From contig DAHVDN010000001.1 of assembly GCA_027313505.1 (NCBI GenBank), positions 43,366-107,365 on the forward strand: a stretch of DNA of 64,000 nt, written 5' to 3'. Of this stretch, positions 59,389-64,000 are shown one piece after another. The stretch comes from Candidatus Dormiibacterota bacterium. Lineage in GTDB: Bacteria; Chloroflexota; Dormibacteria; Aeolococcales; Bog-877. The translations under genes and the position numbers were made by a program. The notes below the pieces were generated by a model. It was not told the origin of the DNA. It was given only the letters and a program-made list of their open reading frames with translations, and did not search any database. Positions within the stretch are counted from its first letter, which is position 1, and the number at the start of each line of letters is the position of its first letter.

Positions 59389-60099
59389 CTACCGTCGCCC
59401 GGCGGCTCCGCGAGGACCAAAAAGGGCGGTCCCCACGCGGATCTGGGTGCTGCCCTCGGCGATCGCAAGAGCGAAGTCCCCGCTCATTCCCATGCTGAGG
59501 TGGGGCAGCTTCGCACCCAGTTCCCGCTCCAGCCGATTCCGAAGCTCCCTACAGGCCGCGAATGAGCGGGCTGGATCTTCCGGCGCGGACACCGTCATGA
59601 GCCCGCTGACCACAATTCCCGGCAGGGCAAAAAGGTTCCCGCTGTCCCGAAGTAGCGCCTCAGGTCGGTAACCTGACCGGCCCGGAATGTCCGTGAAGTC
59701 CACCTCGCAGAGGATAGGCAACGGGCTCTGTCCCGCCCGTTGCATGGAGATGGCGGTGGCCAGCTGCAGGCTGTCCACGGTCTCAACCATCGAGAACAGT
59801 CGGCCAGCCACCGGAACCTTGTTGCGCTGCAGGTGGCCCACCAGGTGCCATTGGACAGTTCCGGGGCCGATTGCGGCCTCCTTGTCGCGGCACTCCTGTA
59901 CGTAGTTCTCGCCAAGCACCGCAAGCCCTTCCTCCAGAGCCGCAAGGACCATCTCCGGGGGATGCCCCTTGGTCACCGGGAGGATGCGAACTGGACCTGT
60001 CCGGCCCCGACTCGCCTGCTCTACCCCTTCCTGGAGGATCGAAAGTCGGGCCCTCAGCGCCTCTCGAATCGAGGTGAGGTCAGGTTGAGGCGGCGGCAC
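59389..60099 (-). CDS. yggS: PLP homeostasis protein, YggS/PROSC family
   Basis: LPVTKG (PLP Lys), GENYVQE, WHLVGHLQRNK, TVDS, GLMT, LSMGMSGDF, GSTQIRVGTALFG; overlaps the nrdR end. Start 60099 or 60126. Confidence 0.94.
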   Translation of the reverse strand: MPPPQPDLTSIREALRARLSILQEGVEQASRGRTGPVRILPVTKGHPPEMVLAALEEGLAVLGENYVQECRDKEAAIGPGTVQWHLVGHLQRNKVPVAGRLFSMVETVDSLQLATAISMQRAGQSPLPILCEVDFTDIPGRSGYRPEALLRDSGNLFALPGIVVSGLMTVSAPEDPARSFAACRELRNRLERELGAKLPHLSMGMSGDFALAIAEGSTQIRVGTALFGPRGAAGRR

Positions 60100-60571
60100 G
60101 GCGTCGGCGCGGGGTGTGCTCCCCAAGAAGGAGGTGGTCGATCTCGTTGCGCACCTCGGAGAGATCCCGGAAGGAGCGGTAGACGGAGGCGAACCGCACG
60201 TAGGCGACCTCGTCCAGCTGCCGCAACCGGTTCATGACCAGCTCACCGACCTCTCGGCTGGGCAGCTCCGACTGCCCCCTTCCCCGTAGGTCAGCCTCAA
60301 TCTCGTCCACGATCTGAGTTACCTGGCTCGGGGAGATGTCCCGCTTCTTGCATGCATTCATCAGTCCCAGGAAGAGCTTCTGGCGGTCAAAATCCTCCCG
60401 CCGACCATCCTTCTTGACGATATAGAAGGGGACAGACTCTATCCGCTCGTAGGTGGTGAAGCGCTTGCTGCAGCTGTTACAAGCGCGCCGGCGGCGGATT
60501 GCCTCTCCGGTCTCAGAGTCCCGGGAATCCACCACCCGCAGATCGTCGTGACTGCAGTAGGGACAGCGCAT
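60080..60571 (-). CDS. nrdR: Transcriptional repressor NrdR
   Basis: MRCPYC, VVDSR, IRRRRAC..C..RFTTYE, ATP cone KKDGRREDFDRQK, LDEVAYVRFASVY; GGAGG before ATG. Confidence 0.97.
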   Translation of the reverse strand: MRCPYCSHDDLRVVDSRDSETGEAIRRRRACNSCSKRFTTYERIESVPFYIVKKDGRREDFDRQKLFLGLMNACKKRDISPSQVTQIVDEIEADLRGRGQSELPSREVGELVMNRLRQLDEVAYVRFASVYRSFRDLSEVRNEIDHLLLGEHTPRRRRAAAST

Positions 60572-60597
60572 CACGCCTCCGAAAATCCTGATCCGGC

Positions 60598-60644
60598 CCA
60601 CAGCATATAGGGCCTGCCCCCAAAGTGTACCCTGGATGTTGTAG
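60598..60644. promoter_or_regulatory. Two tandem NrdR boxes upstream of nrdR
   Basis: CCACAGCATATAGGGC (60598-60613) and ACCCTGGATGTTGTAG (60629-60644) resemble acaCwAtATaTwGtg and start 31 bp apart. Confidence 0.75.
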
Positions 60645-60757
60645 ATCCGGCCACAAACCTCCCGTCGCTGGGGCCCTGTTCCCTCAATTGGGTGGAGCAG
60701 GGACTTCAATAACTGGGTGCTGATACCACCACATAGCGGGTGGACAGGGAATCTCGG

Positions 60758-61735
<978 letters not shown>

Positions 61736-61913
61736 CCTTCCTTTCCTTGGTTCTCTTGTCCCCTGAGTGTAGGTGCAGAGATAAGACCTTCGCCCCCTTT
61801 AGTTCGACTCACTCCACCAGGCGATGCGCGGGCAGGTCACGGTTCGGTACCGTAGCCCATCGAGTGCCGCCAACTCTGCAGTCCGGGCCAGCCGGAAGGA
61901 GGCTGCCGAGCCC

Positions 61914-64000
61914 TTGAATCAGCTGAGGCTTCTGGTCCGCGCCATGCGGTGGCGAGCGGGAGCGGCCGTCGCGCTCTTCGTGGTGGCGACAGTGGCGGTG
62001 CTGGCGGCGGCGGCCGGCCCCCTTTACCTGGACACCGCCAACGACAGCGTGCTCCATTCGATTCTGGAGGGCAACTCTCAGGCTGCCAATGGGATCACGA
62101 TCATCCCAAGCTTCTCGACAACTGCCAACGGGAACCCGGTGCAAAGGGCTCGGGCAGCCCTCGACGCCGCACAGCGGTTCCATCTCTACCGCTGGTATCA
62201 CCGGGGCAGGATGGTGCTGGATCAGGGGGTGGTCCTGCTGGGAGCTGGGGGGATCACCTACTCCACCGACCTGCTCTCAGATCCGGGGCAGTGCCAGGTG
62301 CTCCATTTCATCTCCGGCAGTTGCCCGGGCGCGGGCCAGGTGGCCATAACTCAGCGCACGGCGGCCGCACTGGGAGTACATCTCGGATCTTTGATCAGCT
62401 CTCCCTCCTCCAAGGCTTCCGGTCCGTTGCTGCTGAAGGTGGTGGGACTGGTGGCGCTGGGCCGCCCGTCGCAGCAGTTCTGGTTTGGACTTGAACCGGC
62501 CTACTTCGACTTCGGCCCCGCCCTTGATTGTGGAATCAACTCGGGCAGCTGCCTCCCACACCTGGACGCCATGTTCACCTCGGCCCCAACCGTGGCGGGG
62601 CTGCCCCAAGTCCAGCCGACAGATGAGTTCGTGCTTCGGGTGAACACCATCCATACCACGTCCGCCACCGCCTTCAACTCCGCCTACAGCAGCTTTGCGA
62701 CCTACACCAACCAGGTCTTGAGCGCTCCGATCTCCACCAATCTCGGCATCGAGACCCGCTCTGCGAGCGGCGAGAGCAACCTCATGGAGTCGATCGTGAT
62801 AGTGGTTGATCTGCAACTTTTGCTGCTGGCGCTGTTTGTCCTCTTCGGGCTGGTGGCCCGCACCGCCGAGGCGCGAGAGAAGGAGGTGGCACTGGCCAAG
62901 CTCCGGGGATTCAGGACCCTGTCGGTTCTGGCGGTGGGCCTGCTGGAGCCCATTGCGGCTCTCTGCCTGGCGGTGCCGGTGGGTCTTCTTCTCGCCCTCT
63001 TGGCGATGCGGATCGCTCAACCGCTGCTGCTCCCGGGGGCGCTGGTGACCGTCCAGCCGATCGTCTTCTTGGCTGCCCTCATCGCCTTTGCCGGAGGGCT
63101 GATTGCGACCGCCTTCGGTGCGCGCCGACTCCTGACCCGGCGCCTTGCGGACGAGCTGAGAGCGGTGGAGCCCAAGACCTCCAACGTGGCCAGAGCCGCT
63201 TTGGATGCGGCAGCGCTCGCTCTGGCGCTGGCCGGAATAATCGAGTTGCTGGCGGCCGGGGTGCTCAGTGGTAGCCAACCCAACCCGGTCGCGGCCTTCG
63301 CTCCCGGCCTGATCGCCGTCGCCGTCGCGGTGGTCGGAGTCAGGCTGCTGCCAATCCTCGCCTCGGTGATCGTGCTCCGAACCCGCGACAGCAGGTGGCT
63401 CGCGACCGGGATCGCGGTCCGGCAGGTGGTGCGGCGGCCGACCAGCCTGCGCCAGATCACGGTGCTGGCGATCGCCACCGCACTGGCGTGCTTTGCCGTG
63501 ACCGGGTGGGCGGCCGCGGGAATCAACCGGACGATCCGGGCGAACTTCGTGCTGGGAGCCGCCCGGGTCCTGGTGGTCCAGGTGCCGAACTCGGTCAACA
63601 TCGAGAACGCGGTGAACAAGGCCGACCCCACAGGACGGTACGCGATGGCGGTGATGCTCTCGTCAATCCCCAGCCAGAACCTGCTGGCAGTCCAGGTGAG
63701 CCGGCTGCAGAAGGTGGCCTACTGGCCGTCCAACATCAGCTCTACCTCACTGGCCACGATCGTGCAATGGCTCACCCCCCATCTCAAGCCCCCCATGTAT
63801 CTGACTGGGACTGCGGTGCGCGCCACGATCACCCTGACCGGCAACCCATCACCACCACCCGACCTGGTCTTCAACTTGGTCGACAGCGGTGGATCCGCAG
63901 GGGTGGCGGATTTTGGCTTCCTCTCGCCGGGAACCCACACCTACACCACCGACCTGCCGGCCAGCTGCACCGGAGGATGCCATGTCCTCCAGCTCGATCC
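61914..64000 (+). CDS. FtsX/MacB-like ABC transporter permease; 3' end truncated (absent from the ORF track because it has no stop in the window)
   Basis: AAGGAGG then TTG 61914: MNQLRLLVRAMRWRAGAAVALF...AGPLY, extracellular loop with C-x9-C, then LQLLLLALFVLF...REKEVALAKLRG and further TMs. Confidence 0.88.
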   Translation, partial: MNQLRLLVRAMRWRAGAAVALFVVATVAVLAAAAGPLYLDTANDSVLHSILEGNSQAANGITIIPSFSTTANGNPVQRARAALDAAQRFHLYRWYHRGRMVLDQGVVLLGAGGITYSTDLLSDPGQCQVLHFISGSCPGAGQVAITQRTAAALGVHLGSLISSPSSKASGPLLLKVVGLVALGRPSQQFWFGLEPAYFDFGPALDCGINSGSCLPHLDAMFTSAPTVAGLPQVQPTDEFVLRVNTIHTTSATAFNSAYSSFATYTNQVLSAPISTNLGIETRSASGESNLMESIVIVVDLQLLLLALFVLFGLVARTAEAREKEVALAKLRGFRTLSVLAVGLLEPIAALCLAVPVGLLLALLAMRIAQPLLLPGALVTVQPIVFLAALIAFAGGLIATAFGARRLLTRRLADELRAVEPKTSNVARAALDAAALALALAGIIELLAAGVLSGSQPNPVAAFAPGLIAVAVAVVGVRLLPILASVIVLRTRDSRWLATGIAVRQVVRRPTSLRQITVLAIATALACFAVTGWAAAGINRTIRANFVLGAARVLVVQVPNSVNIENAVNKADPTGRYAMAVMLSSIPSQNLLAVQVSRLQKVAYWPSNISSTSLATIVQWLTPHLKPPMYLTGTAVRATITLTGNPSPPPDLVFNLVDSGGSAGVADFGFLSPGTHTYTTDLPASCTGGCHVLQLD

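Noticed and set aside
60723..60739. Possible third NrdR box (ATACCACCACATAGCGG)
   Set aside because: Weaker match, unpaired and far from the other two.

Overview
A GC-rich bacterial chromosomal window made almost entirely of housekeeping, metabolic and signalling genes. The sortase, the fused FO synthase, GuaB3 and the many apparently leaderless genes point to a monoderm Terrabacteria lineage (Dormibacterota, Chloroflexota or Actinomycetota-like); this placement is inference only. From left to right: a Cache/HAMP/GAF histidine kinase with a NarL-type regulator; an oligopeptide ABC transporter split into two convergent halves with an extra decaying ATPase copy; a flippase-like protein, a glucose dehydrogenase, hmgA and an FAH hydrolase; a stand-alone IF-1 with an Arg-rich extension; a diguanylate cyclase and ltaE; an Arg/Thr-rich protamine-like protein; a glutamate-dehydrogenase homologue lacking the catalytic Lys; an orphan OmpR regulator and a sortase. 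Next is a purine cluster (guaB-guaA-purD, then purB-C-S-Q-L-F-M-N-H) with no purE/purK. It is interrupted by a DksA-like gene, a pyruvate-carboxylase-B-like protein with a degenerate carboxyltransferase active site, a biotin carboxylase and an ECF sigma/anti-sigma pair. After it come a patch of decayed genes, aceA-aceB, a compact cofG-cofH fusion, recJ, a sulfite-oxidase-family enzyme, an AI-2E transporter, yggS-nrdR with tandem NrdR boxes, an aldo/keto reductase and a truncated FtsX-type permease. I found no rRNA, tRNA, CRISPR array or intact mobile element. The best candidates for new biology are the two apparent pseudo-enzymes (especially the CT-dead biotin carrier plus biotin carboxylase inside a purE-less pur cluster), the protamine-like protein and the Ig/beta-propeller anti-sigma system. 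All family calls come from motif recognition by eye; no database searches were run.
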